From positions 1-64,000 of the IMG/VR virus record IMGVR_UViG_3300048849_000076: a stretch of 64,000 nucleotides of DNA. One strand, given 5' to 3'. A program made the position numbers and the translations under genes. The stretch comes from a virus. The notes below the pieces were generated by a model that had not been told where the DNA came from, made no database searches, and worked only from the letters and a program-made list of their open reading frames with translations. Positions 11,201 to 18,019 of the stretch are shown here, one piece after another (positions within the stretch are counted from its first letter, which is position 1; the number at the start of each line of letters is the position of its first letter).

Positions 11201-11986
11201 CACCAGAACGGTTTACCTGATAAGAACATCGGTTCCTACACACGCGTTGGCGGGGTCGCTGTAGCTCCTGCCAATGCGAGGTACGCCCAAATCTTCTTCC
11301 GTTGCATGGGCCACTCCGCTACCTATGGTACGGACAGCTATACATGGTTGGCTCATCCTTATTTCGGGGAATGCCTGCCAAACCAGACTGAACTGTCTAA
11401 CTGGTCGAGCACCGGCCTGACCATCATCACCAGTGGCAACATTGTTACTGGAGCAGTCACTGCTGACAAGATCGGTGCTGGACAAGTCACTGCTGACAAG
11501 ATGAACGTCACGAGCCTGTCGGCAATCTCTGCCACACTCGGATCGGTCAACATCTCCAATGCGGTAATCGGATCTCTCCAGGTCGGCAGCTCAAACATCT
11601 CCCCCGGTGCGGTTACCAACGTCAGCACGGCGACTTCGAGTGAGACCAACGGTATTGGGCCGGGGGATACGTTGCAACGTGTTGCAACGGTTTCGTCTAA
11701 CCCGACTGGAAATCCGTGTATCGTCATCCTGACATTCAAGATTAAGAGCGACGATAACACAAAGACCCCTATGGGAGCGGCATTGATCAAGCGTAACGGT
11801 AACACTCTGCGTACCTATATCACCAAGGCCCCGGTGACCGACGCTGAATATCATACGGTGCATATGATCGATAACAATCCGCCGAGTGGGAACAACACCT
11901 ACTCCTTCGACTACCGCAACAGTAGCGGCGCGACTATTGTCATTGTCAGTGACCCTGAAATTAGCTGCATCGTGTTCAAGAGGTAA
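2270..11986 (+). CDS. giant host-specificity/tail-tip fibre protein (gpJ-like N-terminus, FN3 array, four CBM-like modules)
   Basis: N-terminus GSKGAKKPTNTADSLF..ISEGPIMGL and the YTNNPAFVTYDL block parallel lambda gpJ. An FN3-like array (~4650-7310) is followed by four N(L/M)xPNxDFExGxxGW domains. Single 9717-nt ORF with strong GC3 bias. Confidence 0.95.
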   Translation: MTIQDISLRKLSGSKGAKKPTNTADSLFATDIVEALLGISEGPIMGLEDGGKSYLIGETNLQDQSGQNNFDNFELINYKGSEEGEEIYSRLGGFGASTSVGTELATDVEVIRNGQHTDIDYLDVRMVINQLVRQNDKGTFNHTGKFKVEYKRVSETNWHAVRTTTSLPPKVSEASFDTYYGDAGESDKISASPGDRPSYWSESEPVTTATSGIWFDKTRNNRPQILKEGQWVDPTGLSLSNGVWSWAEASSWGKDKRTKAFAAASSEGVKYEQGDYFLNTGTQQALFYNGSTFITAGSSLRPGGFGENGTGGSIEVKNGEIAITAKTTSPFPKEFRIPVPRVDEPYMLRITKTSPVDTTENFFSITWESFQEVTAQAYKFPALATTQLIARASEQFSSVPDFSGIYLGRIVRIPSNYNPVTRLYTGVWDLTWKLGYTNNPAFVTYDLVMNDRYGMNAYYPIVLNKMDIYEAGVWCDVRTASGKPRFTFNGLISDPRGGRDAINYLCGIFAGRFFDDGNGSGVIRIDRDGSPAMTFMPENVVDGVFTYSFTEISTRHNDITVSFTNENLGWQTDRRRVHDQDHIDQYGRIPHNFDAVGCTDEEEAIRRARYHMITGITETMMVNFKTNRQGLYLSPYDMILVADEDMEFGLSGRVKNVSGPRTVQLRDPLFLENGFAYQISFTLISDATDDFIIERRDLTPTYGALTQLTVTEDLPELPEDAVFTIEQINGDAAPIAFRVLSLNEIDGDPDNVDIQAIVMNRAKWLYVDGLVDTIAETLPSSIGQGRRPDPVGEIRVAAQEIQLNGRKVYDLQLEWDASPTKTVTYYRVRASRNNDAMNTMGEPGVTQFSWTDVPAGEYLFEITAMDAFGNESMPRQIEHRFIGDYRAVEAVLGLRMMDEPYETVFESQSPRFEWVKNAAPDHAGYVLQIRKLDGAVVREEPLAGEFYQYEYAKNVADNGVALRSFTVAIASKDQYGFLSPFQTLTVSNTAPAAPKWVYAQNSGVSSIIVDTNAPTERDFQNVIVHASTQQGFVPSESTIVYEGPNNNITIVIPGAKYYLRVGFSDTFSHADLNWYEEVAVEVKSIAGDTIAPEKPTGLAATSIILPTGEAETTWTWNQVPDLDLQGYVFEIKEGAGNWLDAFAPSNQFVTKSLPGVQFTVRVLAYDTSGNKSAFSDEFTYQVARDTVPPAVPTGLEATGTFNGVWLAWNANVEADFAHYELYEADTATPVPSPDAVATFTGLTGTTTYRGNLPASTTKSYFLRAVDTSGNKSAWSAVSTTSTLSLEGTQPAPAVPVAPTLSSVLVAQNDGGFIAKVTVSWPAVANASSYQVGVIRSGASETVLTAGTNSLEFDGLPGVTYTVHVRSVGNVGQKSAFGAAASITPTGDTVAPAAPVISTAQGGFNIAWLEWSLNTENDFDYYEVYQSTSNVAPAADATATYKVGSTALSVNDIAGPATVYFWVRSVDTSKNKSAWSAVASINVLSLSGTQPAPAVPTTLAATSSVVAVGTDFVAKVRVTWVASANSVSYEVGITRAGAAETLLPASTNSIEFDGVPGVAYTINVKGVNNVGTKGAATANITHTAAVDTTAPAVPTGLIITPGFEHLWLQWTRNAESDFSYYEIYESTTTTAPAAGAAASYVSSTNQLIRQGLAAGAVMNYWLRSVDFSGNKSAWSARVGATVGGLQTADLTGIIDATSVAAGLSIPGVGAALPATPFTATTPKTFYLTTTSVLYKQKLDGSGWIAQSDASLIVGKIVAGQIEVGAIGADQLAANAVRAKHILIGDPTNVIDRGWSKSDQTGWQFPSTVGFYEETATAFKGQFILAANGREHAISDTFEVTGGEGWYVEAYYNNTATEGAVVFLHTWAPGGTDTFQAAPIGTVKNAWAKAGGILTVPAGHTKANVYLVCDRAGGTTGTNTYWTKPLARRATGTILLENGAVTADKVTTGELITLSAQIKSATINNAHIISLDAGKITANTALLGSVTVSGTALSTVVTNAATGAQDPATRINAAVTKIDPGKVVISGASTLADWRGVSDTTTINGGKIEAQSIKTTSMVVGGFMANMVPNGDFEEGIVGWKILETAGSGIGFYSEAGGYSGGYKVVLNKAGGTGSTGVAISTVGFIPVEGGEQYELAGYAYTPGGSVNGFYFRVVWYDGNYGFLSYNSAAENGSTTGAWQRYSVQPTAPAGARFCTITIYNWTPSTQQYLAVDAVSLRRAVEGSLIVNGAITSDKVTTGELITLSAQIKNAIINDAHIANLSAAKLTAGSALAGSITVSGSALSTVASNAATGAQDPATRINAAATKIDPGKVTISGATTLANWRGVSDTTKIYGGSIETDTISARQIILTDNENLIQDSQFEQGIPSDIWSSNYPIYNGGTPGGPSTWLWAGASQTGKQCLVLDNGTDGGANLQVWIQTRDFIPVTAGDWLAWDISTNTNQNGLSSGLYYRIRWYTKDKAVASPELTDVIGNGTSPLNVWQKQSGKVQVPANATYCMVQVYHNNNSGSRYLFIDRISLRKAEGAELTVNGSIVAAHLTTTSAVITGTVQIADAIVSSAKIVSLDAAKIQASTVLSNTIRVAGSTGQNLGDIQNWATDPGTRINQANTRIDPGRIIISGGTSLSDWRGTSDTTKINGGNIETNSIRTRSLVIQATDANLITNGDFEDGMNGWAVDGVGSGNAMYLEGSGSSGTNALTLMRGTNTTSNGVNAINNYIFPVESGTVYEYTMMARCVSSAGLYMRVHWHDGAKNAISPNYTDVVANGAVPSNDFTRVGGQVTAPAGAKFARVQIFLWTAATNNYLVFDEVLFRKVLQGTSIQDGVITTFKIAAGAIWGDRIAGNAITGVHVAAGTLTADKAAFGTSANLIPNSDFGSGMTGWAAWFSGGTWNGPSLRTDTYGIATGSLEVLQSGAQSNGQFADVFPRNDSTGVANRFNVSGGGRYELSVYVYGHRSDYCRAHIEWRNANGDIITYSYWDGITHQNGLPDKNIGSYTRVGGVAVAPANARYAQIFFRCMGHSATYGTDSYTWLAHPYFGECLPNQTELSNWSSTGLTIITSGNIVTGAVTADKIGAGQVTADKMNVTSLSAISATLGSVNISNAVIGSLQVGSSNISPGAVTNVSTATSSETNGIGPGDTLQRVATVSSNPTGNPCIVILTFKIKSDDNTKTPMGAALIKRNGNTLRTYITKAPVTDAEYHTVHMIDNNPPSGNNTYSFDYRNSSGATIVIVSDPEISCIVFKR
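5821..7320 (+). repeat. tandem ~600-nt (double FN3-like) coding repeats inside the gpJ-like gene
   Basis: VD(T/F)S(G/K)NKSAWS recurs at ~6064, ~6661 and ~7258 (597-nt spacing). DT(V/T)xPAxP linkers lie at ~5822, ~6425 and ~7022. Copies have diverged at DNA level. Confidence 0.8.
8072..10700 (+). repeat. three tandem ~290-300-aa modules (linker + CBM/galactose-binding-like domain) inside the gpJ-like gene
   Basis: The block DKVTTGELITLSAQIK.A.IN.AHI...ATGAQDPATRINAA.TKIDPGKV.ISGA.TLA.WRGVSDTT starts at 8072 and 8953. A more diverged copy starts at 9848, and a fourth degenerate module runs to ~11370. Confidence 0.8.
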
Positions 11987-11989
11987 ATC

Positions 11990-12541
11990 ATGATTGACCC
12001 AAGCGACCTGCCTCCCCCCGAGTTTCCTGATGAAGGGGAGGTGCCTGTTGCACCTCCTATTCAACCTGCAACACCTGAACCAGATCCAGAGCCGGTTGTC
12101 TTGCTACCTGACGATGAGCCTGAACCCGTACCGGTCATTCCCGAGTATGAGGCATTTCACTATGTCTTCTACAAGGGCGGCATTATTAGTCAGTCAGGAA
12201 CCTGCTTCCCTGAAGGCATAGACATGCTGAAGGGCGACAATGAGGTTCTGCTGCTGGATCGGCCGCTAAGCGCCGACGAGCAGCGCGAGATCTACGTCCT
12301 GAATGGGGAGCTGACTCCCAAGCTAGAGTTTGCCGTTGAGCCCTCATTCTCAATTCAAATGGGGCAGGAGACGGCTATACCTGTTCCACCAGGAACATCG
12401 GTGACTTTCGAGGGACAGACGATGTCGATTGAGGATGGTCTGCTCGAGCTCGAGGCTGATCATGTGCTGACCTACAACATCACTCTCTCGCATCCTATCT
12501 ATCTTCCACGAACGATAGAGATCTCAGTCCATGAAGCTTAA
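11990..12541 (+). CDS. hypothetical protein (tail-fibre-adjacent)
   Basis: ATG lies 3 nt after the gpJ-like stop. Pro/Glu-rich N-terminus, no family recognised. Confidence 0.6.
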   Translation: MIDPSDLPPPEFPDEGEVPVAPPIQPATPEPDPEPVVLLPDDEPEPVPVIPEYEAFHYVFYKGGIISQSGTCFPEGIDMLKGDNEVLLLDRPLSADEQREIYVLNGELTPKLEFAVEPSFSIQMGQETAIPVPPGTSVTFEGQTMSIEDGLLELEADHVLTYNITLSHPIYLPRTIEISVHEA

Positions 12542-12929
12542 ACTCAGACCACCTTGTGCGACTGAAGACGATGTCAATGTTGAGCGTGATCGACGCCTGG
12601 CAGTTGGTTTTGAGTTTAGAGGAAAACTCTTCCAGGCGAGGGCGCAGGATCAAATCAACATGACCGGTGCTGCCTCCGCAGCGAGTATTGCCATGGCCAA
12701 CGGAGCAACCCCTGGCAACTACCGCTGGTCAGATCCAGATAACGACTTCAAGTGGATCTCGGCAGACAACAGCCAGGTTGTAATGGATGCCCCAACCACC
12801 ATCCAGCTGGGCCTCGCAGCTATCAAGTTTGTCGCTGCACACACCATGGCCGCACGAGCGGTCAAGGATATGATCCTTGCCGGCGACTACGTCGCAGATG
12901 CTTCCTCCAATAGCTACTGGCCATCATGA
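12531..12929 (+). CDS. hypothetical protein, possible tail-fibre assembly/chaperone-like
   Basis: Overlaps the previous stop by 11 nt. The pattern GFEFRGKLFQ...W..ADNSQV loosely recalls DUF4376-type domains (weak, from memory). Confidence 0.55.
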   Translation: MKLKLRPPCATEDDVNVERDRRLAVGFEFRGKLFQARAQDQINMTGAASAASIAMANGATPGNYRWSDPDNDFKWISADNSQVVMDAPTTIQLGLAAIKFVAAHTMAARAVKDMILAGDYVADASSNSYWPS

Positions 12930-13105
12930 GCAAAAAGCGGAACGCCGGCATTATCGCCTATGGGACTGAAGAGGATCGCGAGAAGCTCGCGGTCTTGGCT
13001 GACACCTACAAGATGTCAGGAAGCGAGCTCATCATCAAGATGATCCGCGATCGGTTTAACATGCTGTATGGTGATCAGCAGGCCACGAATGATTCAAAAC
13101 TCTGA
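12926..13105 (+). CDS. ribbon-helix-helix (Arc/CopG-like) small DNA-binding protein
   Basis: 59-aa ORF below the ORF-track cutoff. ATGA overlap with the upstream stop. AGIIAYGTEEDREKLAVLADTYKMSGSELIIKMIRDRF fits a strand-helix-helix layout. Confidence 0.55.
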   Translation: MSKKRNAGIIAYGTEEDREKLAVLADTYKMSGSELIIKMIRDRFNMLYGDQQATNDSKL

Positions 13106-13141
13106 TTGGACCTTGGGCTTCATCTCCGCCAGAGTCTCGGG

Positions 13142-13375
13142 ATGCAAGAGATCTACATCCAGCGCCGAGACAGGACCAAGAACATGGCTCGCTTCTACGC
13201 GATGTCCATCCAACCCAACCTATTCGGTGAAGTGTCCGTTGTGAGATCCTGGGGCCGGATCGGCACCCGCGGCCAGATGATGGTCAACTCATTTGCAAAT
13301 GAGGACCAGGCTCAGGCTCTGCTTCAGGCTCTGATGCGGGAAAAACTCCGCAAGGGTTACGCGAAAGTTCCATAA
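13142..13375 (+). CDS. stand-alone WGR-domain protein
   Basis: ARFYAMSIQPNLFGEVSVVRSWGRIGTRGQ...KGY matches the WGR signature. ATG 13142 is the first ATG in the ORF frame. Confidence 0.8.
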   Translation: MQEIYIQRRDRTKNMARFYAMSIQPNLFGEVSVVRSWGRIGTRGQMMVNSFANEDQAQALLQALMREKLRKGYAKVP

Positions 13376-13482
13376 GATAGATTACCTGATCTTCTGATGC
13401 ACTCTGCTGCTCCGTGCAGCAGACACTCGTGAGCATATGCGTTGTCTAGTTACCATATAATCGGGAACTAGGAGCAACCATC

Positions 13483-13821
13483 TTGACTACAGATCACGCC
13501 ACGAACTCCCGTCTTGAAAACGTCGAACGCTCCGTGAACACCCTGAGCGATCGCGTCGGAGACATTGCAAAGTTCATGGAGCGCCTCGTCACAATTGAGG
13601 AGCGCAACGGCTTCATGACTCAGAAACATGACGAACTCAAGAGCACTCTCAAGGAAGCCATTGCGGCTTTCACGGAGAAGAACGCTGAGCTCGAGAAGAA
13701 GGTCACGGCGATCAAGGAGCGGATGATCGGATTGATGGCGGTTTATTCAGTCATCACCAGCATCGCCGCAGTGGCTGCTCCATACATCCTGAAAGCAATC
13801 CAGGCAGGAGTCGCTCACTAA
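13483..13821 (+). CDS. coiled-coil protein with C-terminal membrane anchor (holin/lysis-regulator candidate)
   Basis: TTG 13483 with AGGAG 8 nt upstream. Heptad-rich helix followed by one TM segment MIGLMAVYSVITSIAAVAAPYIL. Lies directly before the endolysin. Confidence 0.6.
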   Translation: MTTDHATNSRLENVERSVNTLSDRVGDIAKFMERLVTIEERNGFMTQKHDELKSTLKEAIAAFTEKNAELEKKVTAIKERMIGLMAVYSVITSIAAVAAPYILKAIQAGVAH

Positions 13822-14660
13822 TGGTCAAGCGCATCGTTCTCGATCGGGCAGCAATGTTTGCAGCCCTCCGCAAGGATAGTTCCCCGCTATTCAATCGCCG
13901 GCTGGCCCAGTCACATGTCGAAGGCATCGAAGCCATTTTGGACTCGGCTGATCGTCACCAGGTCGCCGACATCGACCACGTCGCCCAGATGCTGGCGCAG
14001 ACCTACCACGAGACCGGCACCTACATGCTCGGCATCAAGGAGACGGTCATGCCGTCGCACAAGGACAAGCGTCCCTCTGATGCGACCGTCATCAAGCGTC
14101 TCGACACTGCCTGGGCAAAGGGCCAGCTGTCCTGGGTATCGACACCATACTGGCGCGATGGAGGCTTTGGCCGTGGACCGATCCAGCTCACACACTGGAG
14201 CAACTACCTCAAGATGGGCACCGCCTTGGGCGTTGACCTTCGGGCCAATCCGGATCTCGCGCTCGACACCAAGGTTGGTGCCGACATCGTCGTCGTCGGC
14301 ATGTCCAAGGGGATGTTCACCGGCAAGAAGCTGAGCGACTACACCTTCCCCGCCTGCTTGTATCTCGAGCCGGCCAAGCATCCGCGCCGCATCGTGAATG
14401 GCAAGGATGGCACAGATGCCGACATCGCCAAGTATCACGTCGCGTTCCGCAACGTGCTGGTGGCCGGCGGCTACAAGGTCACCGACGTGATCGTGGCGGA
14501 GCAGATCTCCGCTGGCTCGATCACCTCCATCGTGGCTGACAAGATCCCGATTGGCTCGATTGTGACCGACCTGGCCGAGGCATCCGTGGAGCTGGTGAAG
14601 CCCGCCTCCAAGTGGAGCGCCGTCATAGATCTCCTGTCCTGGATTTTCAGCAGGAAGTAA
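13821..14660 (+). CDS. endolysin, GH19 (chitinase-like lysozyme) family
   Basis: MLAQTYHETG...IKE acid pair, GRGPIQLTHWSNY and IVNGKDG blocks typical of GH19-type phage lysins. Confidence 0.8.
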   Translation: MVKRIVLDRAAMFAALRKDSSPLFNRRLAQSHVEGIEAILDSADRHQVADIDHVAQMLAQTYHETGTYMLGIKETVMPSHKDKRPSDATVIKRLDTAWAKGQLSWVSTPYWRDGGFGRGPIQLTHWSNYLKMGTALGVDLRANPDLALDTKVGADIVVVGMSKGMFTGKKLSDYTFPACLYLEPAKHPRRIVNGKDGTDADIAKYHVAFRNVLVAGGYKVTDVIVAEQISAGSITSIVADKIPIGSIVTDLAEASVELVKPASKWSAVIDLLSWIFSRK

Positions 14661-14677
14661 CCCAAGAGGATTTGAAC

Positions 14678-14845
14678 ATGGGAAATTTTGAACAAGTCGC
14701 TCGCATTGGCATCCAGCTCGCCGCTGGTGTGCTGATGGGAGATGCCATCGCCAATAGTGCTGAATTTCAGGCGGCTTCTGCCGGCCTCATCAGTATCGCG
14801 ACGTTTGGTTGGTGGTTCTACAAGAACCGCAAAGCAGCGAAGTGA
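14678..14845 (+). CDS. small two-TM membrane protein (holin/antiholin candidate)
   Basis: ATG 14678 with AAGAGGA SD. 55 aa with two hydrophobic helices. Last gene before the terminator. Confidence 0.55.
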   Translation: MGNFEQVARIGIQLAAGVLMGDAIANSAEFQAASAGLISIATFGWWFYKNRKAAK

Positions 14846-14850
14846 AAAAT

Positions 14851-14876
14851 AAGGGCGCCATTGGCGCCCTTTTCAA
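14851..14876 (+). terminator. intrinsic terminator closing the late/lysis operon
   Basis: AAGGGCGCC-ATT-GGCGCCCTT hairpin followed by TTTC. Confidence 0.8.
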
Positions 14877-15452
14877 ATCTAGAAAAACGTTCTTTCAAAG
14901 AAGCCCTGGTTTCCTCACTTGTGGCAGTGCGACCGGCGCAGCAAAATTATTTTGCGCCACCTCTTGCAAAGTCGTCCAATTTAGCAAATCTTTTAAGTGA
15001 TCCTTTGTCGACCGGTGAATGTGCCGGTTTTTGGGTCGAAGAGCCCGTTGCCATGATGGTGGTCGGGTAATAATGGCGCCAACCTAACCTAGCCAAATCG
15101 ACTGGCTTGGCGCCTGATAGACTAAAAGTGTTCTACATAGGCCTTGGGCGAGCTATTCTACCTCGTTCGCCCGTGTCGACCAAAATAGCATCGTGCTGCC
15201 AGTCGCACGTACAAGATGCTTCAGTGTCGGCAATAGGATTTGGATGACGCTTTCAATTTAGCTCGGACCCACGGGTCCGGATCGGAGACCACTATGGACA
15301 AGTTCCGTGGAGGTCGCTCGTTTGCTTCATTGAAAGTGGTTTATCCCTTTCTGGCACTCGCCGCGATCTCTCTTGCGTTTGTGATGTTTACTGACGTGGA
15401 GTCTTACAAGGGTTCCTTGTGGCCTCCATCGATCGAGTTCACTCGGCCGACC

Positions 15453-15480
15453 AAAGAAAAAGCCCCCGAACCGGGGGCTT
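15453..15480 (-). terminator. intrinsic terminator closing the minus-strand nrdJ operon
   Basis: On the minus strand, the hairpin AAGCCCCCG-GTT-CGGGGGCTT is followed by TTTTCTTTGG. Confidence 0.8.
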
Positions 15481-15488
15481 CGAAGACG

Positions 15489-15659
15489 TCAGGTGCTCGC
15501 CTCCCAGATTGTTTCGCGGGTCTCTCGCACAATCCGCTTCTGAGGCGTGGTGTATCGAACCTGGAGCGCCCTCGCCTCAGCGAGAGCCTCCTCGTCGGTA
15601 TCGGCCGGGAGTTGAACCCGACCGTTCTGGTTGATCAGGTAGTAGCGGACATCCCTCAC
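15489..15659 (-). CDS. small hypothetical protein downstream of nrdJ
   Basis: 56-aa ORF below the track cutoff. GTG begins right after the nrdJ TAG, with AAGGAG upstream. High GC3. Ends 9 nt before the terminator. Confidence 0.4.
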   Translation of the reverse strand: MRDVRYYLINQNGRVQLPADTDEEALAEARALQVRYTTPQKRIVRETRETIWEAST

Positions 15660-17927
15660 CTACGCCGCCTTCTCCTTGTTGAAGTCGATCGGGCATGCAC
15701 CACCGGCACAATCGACGTGCTCGCGGTCGACGTCCTCGACCATCGCCTCCTTGATGTTGGCGACAAACTGGTCGTACTCAGCATCCGAGATCGGCTGCTC
15801 TGGCTGATACTCATAGGAGACCGACTTGATCTGCGGCATGACGGACACAGCCCGAACAGTCTTGATGTTTTCGAACATCAGTCGTTCGAACTCCTCGAAG
15901 CCAATGGCTTCAGGATCGTACTTGAGCGTGTAGCTGATCTGGTTGCCGCCCTTCTCACCGAGCCAGAAATGCTCGAGGAGCTGCAGATAGCGGAACTGTT
16001 CAGCCACAGTGGCCTCAGCCGCGGTGACCAGCTTGTCACCCATACCCAGCGTGGTGATGGTCGGAGCAGTCGGGAAACCAACAATCGTGGTGCCGGCGTA
16101 CGAGGTGAGCTTCCGGACAGGATAACCTTTGGCTTCATATTCAGCGACCAATGGATCATCGTTGCGGAACTGGACCCAACGAAGCAGCTTCCGCATGGAC
16201 GGAAGGTGAGCACCCTCAGTCAGGCCGAACAGTTTGCTGGTGGTGCCGGCGGGCTTCATCGTCCGCAAAGTATGTGGTACGACCACCCCGAGCTCAGCCG
16301 AATAGGCTTCAGCTTCATCTTGGACAGCATCAGCAAATCGCTTGATCATGTTCCAGAAGGGCTCGGCCTCCTTGGTGATACTGAGCGGACCCACGTCACC
16401 ATAGGCAATGGCCTGACGGAAGCCGAGCCCAAACCTGGACCACATATACTCGTGCAGGCCAGTCATGCCCACGCCGATACGGTTGGTGCGACGAACTTCC
16501 TTGCGATAGATCGAGTCCATCAGGTTGACGCGGATCAGCGCCCGGGTCGAGACACGGAAAGCTTCCTCGGCGTCATTGTCGTTCGCAGCATGGAATGGCA
16601 CCACGTCAGCGATGACGCAGAAACCACCAAGCAGGAAGAGCGTGATCTCGCCGCAAGGGTTGACGATGTAGTGGTAGGGGTGATCGATAACGCGGCGTGC
16701 GAGCTCGAGCAGAAGCGGCTTCGTCGCCTCATCCACCTGGTAGAGGCTTGAGCCGGCGAAAACCTCAGACAGATACTGTTCGATATCTGCGTCGTCGACC
16801 GGAAGCTTGTCCACATTCAGGAAGCCAGGCTCGCCTGTGCCATCACCATAGTTGTAGTCCATGACCTGCAGCCAGACGGCATAAGCATGCATCTGGAGCG
16901 GAGTCGCGCCTGGGCGCCCACTACGGACGTGTTCGACGGCGTCCCAGAACTCCTTGTCGACGGCAACCGAGTTGTTCGACGACCACAGGAAGGACTCGAA
17001 GTAGCCACCAGTCTCGCGGAGAGCTTCTACCTGCTGCCTGTTCAGACCCAAAAACTCTTCCGGCCGCTTCATCTGGATGAACTCGAGAACCGAGCGATCC
17101 TTCCAGTATTTGACGGCGATGCGAGCTGCACGGCGGGCGCCGCCAACCAGAACACATTCAGCCAGCAGATGGTCGGCGTAAGCAGCAGCGAGCCAGGGCA
17201 TCATACCCGACTGACGGATACGAGCGAGAGCCGTCAGTGCCGACATCAGTGGACCAGGTCCAGAGGCTGGTCGGTTCTGCATGCCCTTGATTGGCTCACC
17301 GAAACCACGGACGTTGCGGAAGTCCAGCAGCACGACGGTGTCATGATCTTCACCATGGAAAGCCATCTGCTCGATGAGCTCGACGGCCTTCGCCCAGCCT
17401 TCACGGCTGTCAGCAACCTGATGGTGGACGATCTTCTTGCCAGCATAGAAGTGCTTGGCGGCACGGGCCGTCATGTAGTTCTGGATGCGGCCTGACAGGA
17501 CGTCGGGGTGGTTGTTGTTGATGACGCAGACGACGTTTGGCATCTTGTTAGCCCAGTCGACGACCATCAAGTTGTCGGAATAATCACCGCCGACGCCAGA
17601 TCCGGACAGCAGCAGCTTCTTATTCAGGAAGCGGAGCAGTGCCGTGGAGCAGTTTGTGAAAACTTCCTGCGGACGGAACGGCTGGTTCTCATCACCGTGC
17701 TGCAGATGACGGCCAGACATGAGCGTGGATGCTTGCTCGAGGTGATGTTTGAGGACATCATACTCGTGCTCCTCATATTCCGGCCCACGCGGATCAAGCA
17801 GAGCGTTGCCAAGGGCGACACGTTCAGCCACGTCGCCCCAGGTTTCGCTCTGACCGCGGGCCAGCTTACGGTTGATGGTACGGTCGGCCACAGCGGTGCC
17901 CATACCGGGAAAATATTCGCGGATCAT
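15660..17927 (-). CDS. nrdJ: class II (adenosylcobalamin-dependent) ribonucleotide reductase
   Basis: About 755 aa from ATG 17927 (AAGGAA SD). NPCGEI active-site Cys motif. Single-chain architecture with no nrdB partner nearby. Confidence 0.9.
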   Translation of the reverse strand: MIREYFPGMGTAVADRTINRKLARGQSETWGDVAERVALGNALLDPRGPEYEEHEYDVLKHHLEQASTLMSGRHLQHGDENQPFRPQEVFTNCSTALLRFLNKKLLLSGSGVGGDYSDNLMVVDWANKMPNVVCVINNNHPDVLSGRIQNYMTARAAKHFYAGKKIVHHQVADSREGWAKAVELIEQMAFHGEDHDTVVLLDFRNVRGFGEPIKGMQNRPASGPGPLMSALTALARIRQSGMMPWLAAAYADHLLAECVLVGGARRAARIAVKYWKDRSVLEFIQMKRPEEFLGLNRQQVEALRETGGYFESFLWSSNNSVAVDKEFWDAVEHVRSGRPGATPLQMHAYAVWLQVMDYNYGDGTGEPGFLNVDKLPVDDADIEQYLSEVFAGSSLYQVDEATKPLLLELARRVIDHPYHYIVNPCGEITLFLLGGFCVIADVVPFHAANDNDAEEAFRVSTRALIRVNLMDSIYRKEVRRTNRIGVGMTGLHEYMWSRFGLGFRQAIAYGDVGPLSITKEAEPFWNMIKRFADAVQDEAEAYSAELGVVVPHTLRTMKPAGTTSKLFGLTEGAHLPSMRKLLRWVQFRNDDPLVAEYEAKGYPVRKLTSYAGTTIVGFPTAPTITTLGMGDKLVTAAEATVAEQFRYLQLLEHFWLGEKGGNQISYTLKYDPEAIGFEEFERLMFENIKTVRAVSVMPQIKSVSYEYQPEQPISDAEYDQFVANIKEAMVEDVDREHVDCAGGACPIDFNKEKAA

Positions 17928-18019
17928 TGTAATTCCTTGGATATGCAGGGGAGTTCTTAGGTGGTGAGCCCCACCCATGGAGACCATGGTGGGGCTGCTG
18001 CGGGGTGCTGCAGAACGGA

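Noticed and set aside
2270-11986. Diversity-generating retroelement targeting the fibre gene
   Set aside because: No reverse transcriptase (YxDD) ORF in the window and no near-identical template/variable repeat pair. The internal repeats are diverged at all codon positions.
15240-16751. 503-aa plus-strand ORF
   Set aside because: It runs antisense through nrdJ, which has strong family motifs. Its composition is typical of an off-frame in GC-rich DNA, it has no SD, and it crosses the minus-strand terminator.
17928-18019. Cobalamin riboswitch upstream of nrdJ
   Set aside because: The leader is only ~90 nt with a single hairpin (AGCCCCACC...GGTGGGGCT), too short for a B12 aptamer. I did not recognise a B12-box.
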